A stretch of 50,864 nucleotides of DNA, from positions 1-50,864 of the forward strand of contig JBDKTH010000436.1 in the NCBI GenBank assembly GCA_039680305.1, read 5' to 3'. The translations under genes and the position numbers were made by a program. The notes under the pieces were generated by a model. That model was not told the DNA's origin. It saw nothing but the letters and a program-made list of their open reading frames with translations, and made no database searches. Shown here one piece after another: positions 26,685 to 36,271 of this stretch; position 1 is the first letter of the stretch; each line of letters starts with the position of its first letter. Source of the DNA: Thermoguttaceae bacterium. GTDB taxonomy: Bacteria > Planctomycetota > Planctomycetia > Pirellulales > Thermoguttaceae.

Positions 26685-26969
26685 ATGGAACCGATTGCGC
26701 ACCTACGGAGGGCTAAGGAGGCGGTCCAAGCGGAAGGGGCTGCGAGGGGCAGACTCCTGACGGCGGGCCAAGAGTTCTGGGAAGCCTTGTTCGACCTTGG
26801 AACGTGGCCCCCGGAACTCCAAGAAGTGGCAGACCAGATTACCGGTGCGCTCTTATCCCACGGAACCATTCAGACCACTGTCGACAGCATGGACGAGGCA
26901 ACGGTTCAAAAGACGCTCCGGCGGCTCACGGACTTCTGTGACAAGGCGGAGTCAATCCTGCGTGGCTGA
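26685..26969 (+). CDS. Hypothetical protein (94 aa)
   Basis: GGGAGGGGGAGG upstream. Helical, balanced composition. No family recognised. Confidence 0.45.
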   Translation: MEPIAHLRRAKEAVQAEGAARGRLLTAGQEFWEALFDLGTWPPELQEVADQITGALLSHGTIQTTVDSMDEATVQKTLRRLTDFCDKAESILRG

Positions 26970-27512
26970 GAGAAGAAAAAGGCCCTCGCCAATGCCTGCC
27001 AGGCGGCCAGGGCCGAGTGCGAGGACGGCCCTTCAGGGCAGGTGATAAAAGCAGCCTGGGGCCAACCGACCAGAGGCTGTCTAGTTGGCCCACCGGCTTC
27101 ATTCGGAGGTGGTGATCGTGGGCATCATCATGCCAGTGGTAGACGGCAGCGAGAGAACTGTGTGGTTGGTCTACCGATGCATGAAGACTCGGAGATGGCT
27201 CCGGCCCTGCCACTGACGGCTCTCAGCCGGCGTCCTTGCCGCATAGCTTTAGAGTATCAGGCCGTTCGTGGCGACATCCCCGCTTGGCAGCGGCTCCCGG
27301 TTCAAGCCACTCGCTGAGGCTGAGCAGTTCGAGAAGCGGGCATAGGGGAAATCCCTAACCGGTAAGAGGGACGGCAGTTGTGGGATGTTCTCTTTCTTGG
27401 GTATTCTGCAGGAAGACCACTTCGTGATAAGAACGTGCTCTTTTGCCGACTAGATTCGTGTCAGGGATCCCCTCGCACGTTCACGCCATGCCTCGAAGGG
27501 ACGTACCCTCTT

Positions 27513-30500
27513 ATGAAGACAATGTCTGCAGGGAAAGCGACGCAGACGCCCTCCGTCTCACCATCATCGCGGCCGATCCATAGCACACGGTCCGGAGTCG
27601 TCGTGCGTTATGGCGTGGCCCTGGTCGGCGTTGGGCTGGCAGTCGTGGCCCGGATGGCCGTCGATCCGTATCTCCGCGACCACCTCCCCTATAGCACGTT
27701 CTTCGTGGCGGTTACGCTGGTGGCCTGGTTCGGCGGCCTGGGGCCAGCCCTGCTCAGCACCGTCCTGGGCTTTCTGGCCGCCCATTGGTTCTTCACGCCG
27801 CCTCGCCACACCCCAGAAATCGCGATGGTCCATGATGCGGTGGGGATCGGCAGCTACTTCCTGGTCACCTTGGCCATCAGCCTCGTCTGTCACGCGATGC
27901 ACCAAGCCCGCCAGCAGGTCCTTGCCCGGCAGGGACAGCTGGAACGGGAGGTTGTTGAGCGATGGCGGGCCGAGGAGGCCCTGCGGGAAAGCGAGCAGCG
28001 TGTTCGGCTGAAACTGGAGAATATCCTATCGCCGGAAGCGGACTTGGGCCGCCTCGAACTTGCCGACCTGATCGATGTCCCGGCGGTCCAGTTGCTTGTG
28101 GAGCATTTTCACCGGCTCGTCGAGATCCCCATGGGAATCCTCGACCTTGAGGGCAGAGTGCTGGTCGGCGTGGGATGGCAACAGATCTGTACGCAGTATC
28201 ACCGGGTGCATCCGGAGACCTGTCGGCACTGTCTGGAAAGCGACACGCAACTGTCCGCCGGCGTGCTCCCCGGCGAGTCTCGGCTCTACCAGTGCAAGAA
28301 CCACCTGTGGGACGTGGCCACGCCGATCCTCGTCGACGGCCAGCATGTCGGCAATTTCTTCGCCGGGCAGTTCTTCTTCGACGACGAGCCGCTCGAGGAG
28401 GACCTGTTCCGCGCCCAGGCCCGGCAGTACGGGTTCCCGGAGGCCGAGTATCTCGCGGCGCTCAAGGCCGTTCCCCGGCTCAGCCGGGAGTCCGTCCAGA
28501 CCGCCATGGCCTTTTTCCTCCGGCTGGCCCACATGCTTTCCCAGCTGGGGCACAGCAACCTCAAGCTGGCCCGCTCGATGGCCCAGCGCGAGGTGGTGCT
28601 GGCGTCGCTGCGGAAAAGCCAGGAGACGCTGCACGAGCAGCGCGAGTGGCTGCAGGTGACCCTCACGAGCATCGGGGACGCGGTGCTAGCCACCGACACC
28701 GCCGGCCGGATCACCTTCCTCAACCCGGTCGCCGCAAGGCTGACCGGCTGGGAGGAAAAGCAGGCCCTGGGGCAACCGATTGAGCAGGTGTTTCGGACCA
28801 TCAACGAGAAAAGTCGCCTGCCGGCTGAAAACATCGTCGCCCGCGTGCTCCGCGAAGGAGCGGTCGTCGCCCTGGCCAATCACACGGCCCTGGTGACCCG
28901 CGATGGGCGTGAGATCCCCATCGAGGACAGCGCGGCGCCGATCCGCGATCGCGACGGCCGCATCGGCGGGGTGGTGCTGGTGTTCTACGACGTGACCGCG
29001 AAACGCCGCGCGCAGGAGGCCCTGCGGGCAAGCCAGACGGACTTGAACCGGGCCCAGGCCGTGGCCCACACGGGAAGCTGGCGATTGGACGTCCACCGCA
29101 ACGAACTGGTCTGGTCCGACGAGAACTGGCGGATCTTTGGGATGCCCCCGGGAAGCCCCTTGACCTACGAGGCGTTTCTGGCCGCCGTGCATCCGGAGGA
29201 CCGTGCGTTTGTCGACCAGAAGTGGAAGGCGGCCCTCCGCGGGGAGCCTTACGAGATCGAGCACCGCATCGTTGTGGGGGACACGGTGAAGTGGGTCCGC
29301 GAGCGGGCCGAGTTGGAATTCGACCCGCAGGGCGTGTTGCTCGGCGGCTTCGGGACGACCCAGGACATCACGGAGCGAAAGCGGGCGGAGGAGGACCTCC
29401 AGGCCGCCCGGGTGGCGTCCGAAGCGGCCAATCAGGCCAAGAGCCAGTTCTTGGCCAGCATGAGCCACGAGCTGCGCACCCCGATGAACGCCATCCACGG
29501 GATGACCGACCTGGCCTTGGGCGAGCCACTGCCGGAGCGGGTCCGCGATTACCTCCAGACCGCGCGGGAGTCGGGCGACCTGCTGTTGCACCTGCTGGGC
29601 GAAGTGCTCGACCTGTCCCGGATCGAGGCCGGTCGCTTCGAGCTGGAGGCCGCCCCCTTCTCGCCCGGCCAGGCCGTCGAGCAAGTGGTGCGGAGCCTGC
29701 AGTTGCGAGCCGACGAGCAGGGCCTGCGGCTGGCCTGCGAGCTGGCCGAGGACCTTCCCAACCTCTTGGTCGGCGACCCCTTGCGGCTGCGGCAGGTGCT
29801 GATGAACCTCGTGGGCAACGCGATCAAGTTCACGCCCCAAGGCCAAGTCGTCGTCTGCGTCGGCGTCCAGGAGCGGGCCGCGGAGTCGGTTTCCTTGAAG
29901 TTTTCCGTCGCCGACACGGGCATCGGCATCGCCCCGGAGCACCAGCAGCGGATCTTCGCCCCCTTCACCCAGGCCGACGCTTCCACGACCCGGCGCTATG
30001 GCGGCTCGGGTCTGGGACTGGCGATCTCAACGAAGCTCGTCGAGCGGATGGGCGGAAACATTTGGCTGGAAAGCCAGCCGGACCAGGGGAGCACCTTCTA
30101 CTTCACCGTCACCTTGCCCGTGGCCCAGCCGTCGCCCGCCGGATACGAGAGCCAGCTGGCCGGCGGCAACCAGGCTTCCATCGAGCTGTCGACGGCGTCC
30201 TCGCGGGTCCTCCGCGTCCTGTTGGCCGAGGACACGCCGGCCAACCAGAAGCTCGTGCGCTACGTGCTGGGCAAGCGCGGGCACACGGTCGTGGTGGCTC
30301 AGAACGGCCGGGAGGCCCTGGAGCGGCTGGCGGCCGAGGACTTCGACGTCGTGCTGATGGACGTGCAGATGCCCGAGATGGACGGTTTCCAGGCGACGGC
30401 GGGGATTCGGGCGATGGGATCCCCCAGGGCGCAGGTGCCGATCATCGCCATGACGGCGCACGCCATGAAAGGGGACCGAGATCGCTGCCTGGCGGCGGGG

Positions 30501-30992
30501 ATGGACGCCTACCTGAGCAAGCCGGTCAACGGTCACGAGCTGATCATCCTAGTCGAGCGGCTGGCGGGACCGACGACCGGCGAGAACACCTCATTTCCCG
30601 TCGCCAGTGCCCAAGTCCACGGCACACAACCGCCGTCGGAGATCGCGCTGCCTCTCTTCAACTTCGACGAGGCGGTGCGCAGATGTTACGGCAAGCGAGA
30701 GCTGTTCCAAGAGATGGTGGAGAGCCTGTTCGACGAGGCCGAGCCACTGCTTAACCAGATGCACGCGGCGCTGGCCCGTGGAGACGGGGCGGATCTCGCC
30801 GCAGCCGCGCACCGACTCAAGGGCACGGTCGTCTACCTCGCAGCCGGCCCGGCCGCAGACGCCACGCGGCAGGTCGAACAGATCGGCAAGTCGAGCGAGC
30901 TGACGGAAGCCGCCCATGCGATTGGTGAGTTGACGCGAGAGCTGGTCGCCCTGAAGGCAGCACTCGCTCCCCACCGCCGTAGCGGAAGCTGA
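27513..30992 (+). CDS. Hybrid sensor histidine kinase: DUF4118-like TM region, PocR, 2x PAS, HisKA/HATPase, receiver, Hpt
   Basis: PocR-like ICTQYHRVHPETCRHCLESD...LYQCKNHLWDVATPILVDGQHVGNFFAGQFF. H-box FLASMSHELRTPMNAI. G-box RRYGGSGLGLAIS. Receiver VLLAEDTPANQ...DVVLMDVQMPEMDG...KP. Hpt AAHRLKGT. Confidence 0.9.
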   Translation: MKTMSAGKATQTPSVSPSSRPIHSTRSGVVVRYGVALVGVGLAVVARMAVDPYLRDHLPYSTFFVAVTLVAWFGGLGPALLSTVLGFLAAHWFFTPPRHTPEIAMVHDAVGIGSYFLVTLAISLVCHAMHQARQQVLARQGQLEREVVERWRAEEALRESEQRVRLKLENILSPEADLGRLELADLIDVPAVQLLVEHFHRLVEIPMGILDLEGRVLVGVGWQQICTQYHRVHPETCRHCLESDTQLSAGVLPGESRLYQCKNHLWDVATPILVDGQHVGNFFAGQFFFDDEPLEEDLFRAQARQYGFPEAEYLAALKAVPRLSRESVQTAMAFFLRLAHMLSQLGHSNLKLARSMAQREVVLASLRKSQETLHEQREWLQVTLTSIGDAVLATDTAGRITFLNPVAARLTGWEEKQALGQPIEQVFRTINEKSRLPAENIVARVLREGAVVALANHTALVTRDGREIPIEDSAAPIRDRDGRIGGVVLVFYDVTAKRRAQEALRASQTDLNRAQAVAHTGSWRLDVHRNELVWSDENWRIFGMPPGSPLTYEAFLAAVHPEDRAFVDQKWKAALRGEPYEIEHRIVVGDTVKWVRERAELEFDPQGVLLGGFGTTQDITERKRAEEDLQAARVASEAANQAKSQFLASMSHELRTPMNAIHGMTDLALGEPLPERVRDYLQTARESGDLLLHLLGEVLDLSRIEAGRFELEAAPFSPGQAVEQVVRSLQLRADEQGLRLACELAEDLPNLLVGDPLRLRQVLMNLVGNAIKFTPQGQVVVCVGVQERAAESVSLKFSVADTGIGIAPEHQQRIFAPFTQADASTTRRYGGSGLGLAISTKLVERMGGNIWLESQPDQGSTFYFTVTLPVAQPSPAGYESQLAGGNQASIELSTASSRVLRVLLAEDTPANQKLVRYVLGKRGHTVVVAQNGREALERLAAEDFDVVLMDVQMPEMDGFQATAGIRAMGSPRAQVPIIAMTAHAMKGDRDRCLAAGMDAYLSKPVNGHELIILVERLAGPTTGENTSFPVASAQVHGTQPPSEIALPLFNFDEAVRRCYGKRELFQEMVESLFDEAEPLLNQMHAALARGDGADLAAAAHRLKGTVVYLAAGPAADATRQVEQIGKSSELTEAAHAIGELTRELVALKAALAPHRRSGS

Positions 30993-31272
30993 TAGGACGA
31001 CGGCGATGAGGGATGCACCTGCTAGCGAGGATCACGGAGTTCGATTGTTGAGTCGGGACGCAAGTTCAAAGATCTCGATTATCCACCGAGAGATGGAAGA
31101 CGAGCGGTAGTTGTAAGCCTCACCATATTCGACGACCACCAATATGGGCGGTTGCGATGACTGAATTCGTCGGTCTTGATCTGATCGCGGGCAGCAGCGA
31201 TAATCACAGGATTTCCCGATGAACCATCCATCGCCAAGATGAAGTAGACGGGAGTGAAGAGGACGAACATCG

Positions 31273-31794
31273 ATGGCCCAGCAGTCAACTCGCTCCGCGA
31301 ACTATGAGCGTCCAGGGCATGGACCATTGCATCGCCTGCTGGCTTGGAGCGGGACTTTTTCGATTGCGTTGGCTGTCATGCTGGGCGTTCTCGGCGGCAT
31401 CGGGGCCTTCACCTTCGGCTACGGCCAAGGCAGCAGCTATCTGAGCAATAATCCGCAGGCCTGCGTCAACTGCCATGTGATGCAGGAACATTACAATTCG
31501 TGGCAGAATTCCAGCCACCATCATGTGGCGGTCTGCAACGACTGCCATCTGCCGCACGATTTCGTGGGGAAGTGGGCGACCAAGGCGGACAATGGCTTCT
31601 TTCACTCCCTGGCCTTTACCCTCGAGAATTTCCACGAGCCGATCCAGATCAAGCCGCGCAACCGGCGCGTGACTCAAAACGCCTGCCTGCACTGTCATCA
31701 GGCGACCGTCCACCAGATGCTTCCCGCCACAGGCGAGGGGGAGATGCTTTCGTGCGTCCACTGCCACAGCGACGTGGGCCATGCCCACCGATGA
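31273..31794 (+). CDS. nrfH: NrfH, tetrahaem NapC/NirT-type quinol dehydrogenase (start codon uncertain)
   Basis: N-terminal TM helix. Four CXXCH: CVNCH, CNDCH, CLHCH, CVHCH. Confidence 0.85.
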   Translation: MAQQSTRSANYERPGHGPLHRLLAWSGTFSIALAVMLGVLGGIGAFTFGYGQGSSYLSNNPQACVNCHVMQEHYNSWQNSSHHHVAVCNDCHLPHDFVGKWATKADNGFFHSLAFTLENFHEPIQIKPRNRRVTQNACLHCHQATVHQMLPATGEGEMLSCVHCHSDVGHAHR

Positions 31795-31891
31795 TCCCGA
31801 CGGACCAAGGGCTCGTCGGGACCGCAACCGGTGAATCCCGCAGCCCAGTCAACGGCCTCCGCGACACGAACCAGGAGACAAGAAGGAAACC

Positions 31892-33646
31892 ATGAGCCCC
31901 GAACACGCCGATCAGCAAGGGCCTGCTGTTCAGGAAACCACCACGTCGAGCGACACAACCGTAGCGGGCCGCAGTTGGGTGCGCCGCCGCCTGCTCCTGC
32001 TCTCGGGCCTGTTGGCGGTGGTGGCGGTGGTGACCTTTGGCGTCACGGCGCTGCTGGTGACCATCTTCGAGCATCGCCAGGAAGCCCGCACCCCGTTCGT
32101 TCGACGGGTCGAGGTGGATGAGGTGACCACGGATCCGGCGCCGTGGGGGATCAACTGGCCCTCCCAGTTTGACACGTACCGGCGGACGGTCGACGTCACC
32201 CACACGCAGTATGGCGGCTCCAGCGCGATGCCGGCCAGCAAGCTCGAAGAGCAGCCGTGGCTGCGCCGCCTCTATGCCGGCTACGCCTTCAGCCTCGACT
32301 ACCGCCACGCCCGGGGGCATGCCTACATGCTGTTCGATCAGGAGGTGACGGAGCGCGTGACCAAACGCCCGCAGAGCGGGGCCTGCTTGCACTGCCACGC
32401 GTCGGTGATCCCCACCTATCGCCGGCTGGGCCTGGAGGCGCAGGGCAAACCGGCCGACGCCCAGGCGCTGGCGGCCGGGTTCAACTGGCCGGCGGTGATG
32501 GAAGGCTTCCGACGGGCCTCGACCATGGACTACGCCACGGCCCACGCGGAACTGCTCAAGACGCCGGACGGCACGCCCGGCGAGAACCGGAAGCTTTTCC
32601 CCGGCGGCGCCCCGGTCAAGGCACCGACAGCGGCCAAGCCTGAGGAGGCCTCCAAACCATCCGTTGACCCGCACGGGCACGACCGGCTGGGCGAGGCCCA
32701 TCCGGTCAGTTGCGTCGACTGTCACGATCCCGAGACGTTGCAGGTCCGCGTGACCCGGCCCGGTTTCGTCTTGGGCATCGCGGCGCTGGCCAAGAGCGAC
32801 GCCCCCCTTCCGCACCTGCCGAGCATTGAACGATGGCGCCAGGGCGACCGCAAGGAGCCGTACGATCCGAATCAATTGGCCAGCCGCCAGGAGATGCGCA
32901 GCTTCGTCTGCGGGCAGTGTCACGTGGAATACTACTGTGCCAACAAGGAAACGCTCTTTTTCCCTTGGAACAAAGGTTTGAAGGTCGAGCAGATTGAAGC
33001 GACCTACGACGAGCACCGCTTCCCCGATGGCAGCCCGTTCTACGACTACGTCCACGGCGAGACCGGCGCGTACGTCTACAAGGCCCAGCATCCGGAGTTC
33101 GAGCTCTGGAGCCAGGGCGTGCACGCGCGCAGCGGCGTGACTTGCGCCGACTGCCACATGCCCTACGAGCGTCAGGGGGCGATGAAAGTCAGCAGCCATT
33201 GGGTCCGCAGCCCCATGCTGAACATCAACAACTCCTGCCAGACCTGCCACAACGTGCCTGAGGCCGAACTGCGCGAAAAGGTCGAGACGATCCAGAACCG
33301 TACCGTCGCGATGATCGATCGGGCGGCCGCCGCGATGACCGATATGCTCGACGCGATCCGCGAGGCCCAGGCGGCCGGCGCGACGCCCGAGCAGCTGGAG
33401 CCGATCTTTGCACTGCAGAAGAAGGCGATGTGGCGGCTGGATTTCATCAGCAGCGAGAACTCCCGGGGCTTCCACGCCGATCAGGAGGCGGTGCGGATCC
33501 TCGGCGAGTCGATCGACTACAGCCGACAGGCCCAATTCCAGGCCGTGCGGCTGCGTGCCCCGGCGGCGCCGCCCGCTAAGCAGCCGGTCGAGCCGGTCCA
33601 TGGGGTAACGCCTACCGAAAAAGCTCCGCCGCGCCCAGGACCATGA
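31892..33646 (+). CDS. nrfA: NrfA-type pentahaem cytochrome c nitrite reductase
   Basis: Five CXXCH (CLHCH, CVDCH, CGQCH, CADCH, CQTCH). NrfA-like [21 protein letters not shown] and [10 protein letters not shown]-terminal TM/signal anchor. Confidence 0.85.
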   Translation: MSPEHADQQGPAVQETTTSSDTTVAGRSWVRRRLLLLSGLLAVVAVVTFGVTALLVTIFEHRQEARTPFVRRVEVDEVTTDPAPWGINWPSQFDTYRRTVDVTHTQYGGSSAMPASKLEEQPWLRRLYAGYAFSLDYRHARGHAYMLFDQEVTERVTKRPQSGACLHCHASVIPTYRRLGLEAQGKPADAQALAAGFNWPAVMEGFRRASTMDYATAHAELLKTPDGTPGENRKLFPGGAPVKAPTAAKPEEASKPSVDPHGHDRLGEAHPVSCVDCHDPETLQVRVTRPGFVLGIAALAKSDAPLPHLPSIERWRQGDRKEPYDPNQLASRQEMRSFVCGQCHVEYYCANKETLFFPWNKGLKVEQIEATYDEHRFPDGSPFYDYVHGETGAYVYKAQHPEFELWSQGVHARSGVTCADCHMPYERQGAMKVSSHWVRSPMLNINNSCQTCHNVPEAELREKVETIQNRTVAMIDRAAAAMTDMLDAIREAQAAGATPEQLEPIFALQKKAMWRLDFISSENSRGFHADQEAVRILGESIDYSRQAQFQAVRLRAPAAPPAKQPVEPVHGVTPTEKAPPRPGP

Positions 33647-33677
33647 CACGCTGGCCAGTGGACCTGCAGCATCAACG

Positions 33678-34778
33678 CTAGCATGTTTCGGCGCTCGATC
33701 CGCCCGGTTCGTGCGCGATCGTACGAATTGCCGTCGTCCATCGTGAGGCGGCTTCCGGCGTGTCCGCGTCCTTCCACGCATCAACAAGCTCGACGGGAAC
33801 TTTCACGATACGACTCTTCGGGTGTCGTGAGATCTCTCGCAGACCGCTGTGGCTCCACGCGGCAATCGACTCGATCGCCTTGCGACATCGGAAGTCATAC
33901 CATGCCAGGAGAGGTTCTACGGCCCCCCCCTCCAACACCCGTGGTAGTAACGCCCATACGCCAGGTCTTCGCTGCGACAGGACCCACGATACTGCCTGCC
34001 GCGACAGCAGCGGCAAATCGCAGGCCGTCAGCAACCACGTCGCCCGAGGCGCCCAGCGCATAGCCGCCAAGAGGCCGGCCGTGGGCCCCTTAGTACCAGG
34101 CGAGTCTGGAAGATGCGGCAGATAGCGAAGGTCCTCCGGGACATCTCCGCGGCCAGCAAGCACCACTTGCGAACAGCAAGCCTCCAGAGCAGAAACGGTT
34201 CGGTGCAACCAGGTTCTGCCGGCTCCGTCAGCATCTGGAAGCAGATGCTTCGGACATCCCATCCGCGTGCTGCGGCCTCCGATCAAGACGCAGCCGAACA
34301 CCGGGGCAGTCCGCGATCGTTCGCTGACAAACTGCAGAAGGACGTTCTCAAGCACGGAATCACGATCGGCCGCCCAGGGCAAGATCGGGTCAAAGGGCCC
34401 CAGATCATCTGGTGGCGAGTGTTCATCGCGCCCGAGAAGCCACGTCTTCCGGCACGGGAGCCGCTTGAAGCCTTCGAGCAGGATAAGGTCGTAACGAGCG
34501 GCAAGACGGTCGAGCTCCCACTCCAGCGACGCGTCTTCCTGATGGAGACTTCGCGAAAGTGACTCGCCGGGCCCGCGCACGATAACATCTGCGCCTGCGA
34601 GAAAGAGTCGATCGCTATCCTTGTCCGGACAGTCGCGGTCGATTCCATGGACGTCATGTTTGACCACGGCGACCCGAAGCCCACGCCGGACAAGCCGAGG
34701 CAGGATCCTCGCCAGCAGCGTCGTCTTCCCCGAGCCGCTATAGCCGCAGACACCGAAGACAGGTAGTGAGTCAAACAT
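33678..34778 (-). CDS. mobA: MobB-MobA fusion (Mo-cofactor guanylyltransferase with its adapter)
   Basis: N-terminus VFGVCGYSGSGKTTLL...VAVVKHD (MobB). C-terminus VFGCVLIGGRSTRMGCPKHLL (MobA). Confidence 0.85.
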   Translation of the reverse strand: MFDSLPVFGVCGYSGSGKTTLLARILPRLVRRGLRVAVVKHDVHGIDRDCPDKDSDRLFLAGADVIVRGPGESLSRSLHQEDASLEWELDRLAARYDLILLEGFKRLPCRKTWLLGRDEHSPPDDLGPFDPILPWAADRDSVLENVLLQFVSERSRTAPVFGCVLIGGRSTRMGCPKHLLPDADGAGRTWLHRTVSALEACCSQVVLAGRGDVPEDLRYLPHLPDSPGTKGPTAGLLAAMRWAPRATWLLTACDLPLLSRQAVSWVLSQRRPGVWALLPRVLEGGAVEPLLAWYDFRCRKAIESIAAWSHSGLREISRHPKSRIVKVPVELVDAWKDADTPEAASRWTTAIRTIAHEPGGSSAETC

Positions 34779-35739
34779 GAGCTGACTTCAATGAAATGGG
34801 TCGCCCGCAATCCGATACTTCGCCGCGCAGCGTCGCCAGGCCGTGTGGGAGAGCAGGTAGCACCACGCTCAGGTTCTCGCTTGCGGCCCGCACGGAACCG
34901 GGGAGATTCAGGATCAACGTCCGGCCACGGATGCCCGACGCTCCGCGGGAAAGCATGGCATGAGGGGAACACTGGAGCGACGCGGCTCGCATTGCCTCAT
35001 CCAGTCCGGGCGTGAACCGTTCCACGACGCTTCGGGTCGCCTCGGGCGTGACGTCGCGAGGACCAAAGCCGGTCCCCCCAACCGTCACGACCAGGTCGAT
35101 GGAGTGCCCATCGCAGTAGTGCCGAAGCCGCTCACCAATCGTATCTTTCTCATCCGGCAGGATGTCATTCGCGAAGACATGGGCGCCAAGTCCACCCTGA
35201 AGAAGCGAAGCAATTGCCGGACCGGCGGTGTCCACACTCTCGGCACGGCTGCAACGGTCGCTGATCGTCAGGACAACAGCCTGGAGTGTCGCACGTGCGA
35301 CGCTGTGGGTCACCACGGCCTCGACGCCGGCCAACACTTGGCCGCTCGCCTCCACGCGGGCGAAGAGCCCCCGGCGCGGCATAATGCAGTCACCCGTGAG
35401 GTGATGAATGCGACATGGGGCATGACAGGTCTTGCCGATCTGAGTGATCGAGAGCACAACGCTCGTTCCCAGGCGAATCTGCGAGCCGAGGCCAAGTTCG
35501 CCTAGCTTCAGCCCGGAAACAACGAGGTTCTCGGCGAATGCACCCGGTTGCAGATCGGGCAAGCCGTTGCGCCGAACCTCGTCAATATCCGCGCCGTCCA
35601 GTAAGCTAACTTGGCGATGCCATGCCCCGGCATGGGCGTCCCCTTCGATGCCGTGGTTGGCGGCAAACGTTGCCTGCGCGACGGGGGTCTTGCGTTCCCC
35701 CTTGCGCTGACTGATACAAACCGCTTCGACTCTGCCCAT
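34771..35739 (-). CDS. MOSC domain fused to a MogA/MoaB-type domain
   Basis: N-terminus VEAVCISQRKGERK...HGIEGDAHAG (MOSC). C-terminus VVLTISDRCS...DLVVTVGGTGFGPRDVTPEAT (MogA/MoaB). Confidence 0.8.
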   Translation of the reverse strand: MGRVEAVCISQRKGERKTPVAQATFAANHGIEGDAHAGAWHRQVSLLDGADIDEVRRNGLPDLQPGAFAENLVVSGLKLGELGLGSQIRLGTSVVLSITQIGKTCHAPCRIHHLTGDCIMPRRGLFARVEASGQVLAGVEAVVTHSVARATLQAVVLTISDRCSRAESVDTAGPAIASLLQGGLGAHVFANDILPDEKDTIGERLRHYCDGHSIDLVVTVGGTGFGPRDVTPEATRSVVERFTPGLDEAMRAASLQCSPHAMLSRGASGIRGRTLILNLPGSVRAASENLSVVLPALPHGLATLRGEVSDCGRPISLKSAHV

Positions 35740-35743
35740 CGCT

Positions 35744-36271
35744 TCACTCCTTTCGCCGCCAGTGCCCTGATTTGCCCCCTTGTTTCTCCAACAACCGAAT
35801 CGGTCCGATAGTAATGCCCTTTTCCAGCGATTTCACCATGTCATAGACGCACAGGGCTGCCACGCTGGCTGCCGTCATCGCTTCCATCTCAACGCCGGTG
35901 CGTCCCTGGCACTTGACCGTCGCCACGAGCCGCACCCGGCCGGCCTTCAACGTAGCAACGACGTCAACGACATCCAAAGGAAATGGATGGCAAAGGGGAA
36001 TCAACTCGGGCGTGCGTTTCGCGGCCATGATTCCGGCGAGTCTTGCCGTTTCCAGCACATTCCCTTTCGCACCGCCCCCCTGCTGCCGAATCATCCGTGC
36101 CACGGCCGGCCCGACCTCGACCCAGGCCTCGGCCACGGCGGCTCGCCGCGTGGACGGTTTGCCCCCCACATCCACCATGCGTGCGGAGCCGTCGGCAATG
36201 TGGGTCATCCGTTTGGGCGGAGCCTTTGCTTTGCGGGAAGTGAGATCGGTCCGCATGGGGTTCTCCATCAT
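35744..36271 (-). CDS. moaC: Cyclic pyranopterin monophosphate synthase MoaC
   Basis: LTHIADGSARMVDVGGK..., LIPLCHP, GRTGVEMEAMTAASVAAL. Confidence 0.9.
   Translation of the reverse strand: MMENPMRTDLTSRKAKAPPKRMTHIADGSARMVDVGGKPSTRRAAVAEAWVEVGPAVARMIRQQGGGAKGNVLETARLAGIMAAKRTPELIPLCHPFPLDVVDVVATLKAGRVRLVATVKCQGRTGVEMEAMTAASVAALCVYDMVKSLEKGITIGPIRLLEKQGGKSGHWRRKE

Noticed and set aside
28026-30754. Multiple 200-510-aa ORFs in other frames and on the other strand of the histidine kinase gene
   Set aside because: They have no domains and are Arg/Pro/Gly-rich. The kinase frame has an uninterrupted domain series.
31649-33787. 712-aa ORF antisense to nrfA
   Set aside because: It has extreme Arg/Gly/Pro/Ala composition with no motifs, and it mirrors a confidently assigned gene. 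This is the typical shadow ORF of high-GC DNA.
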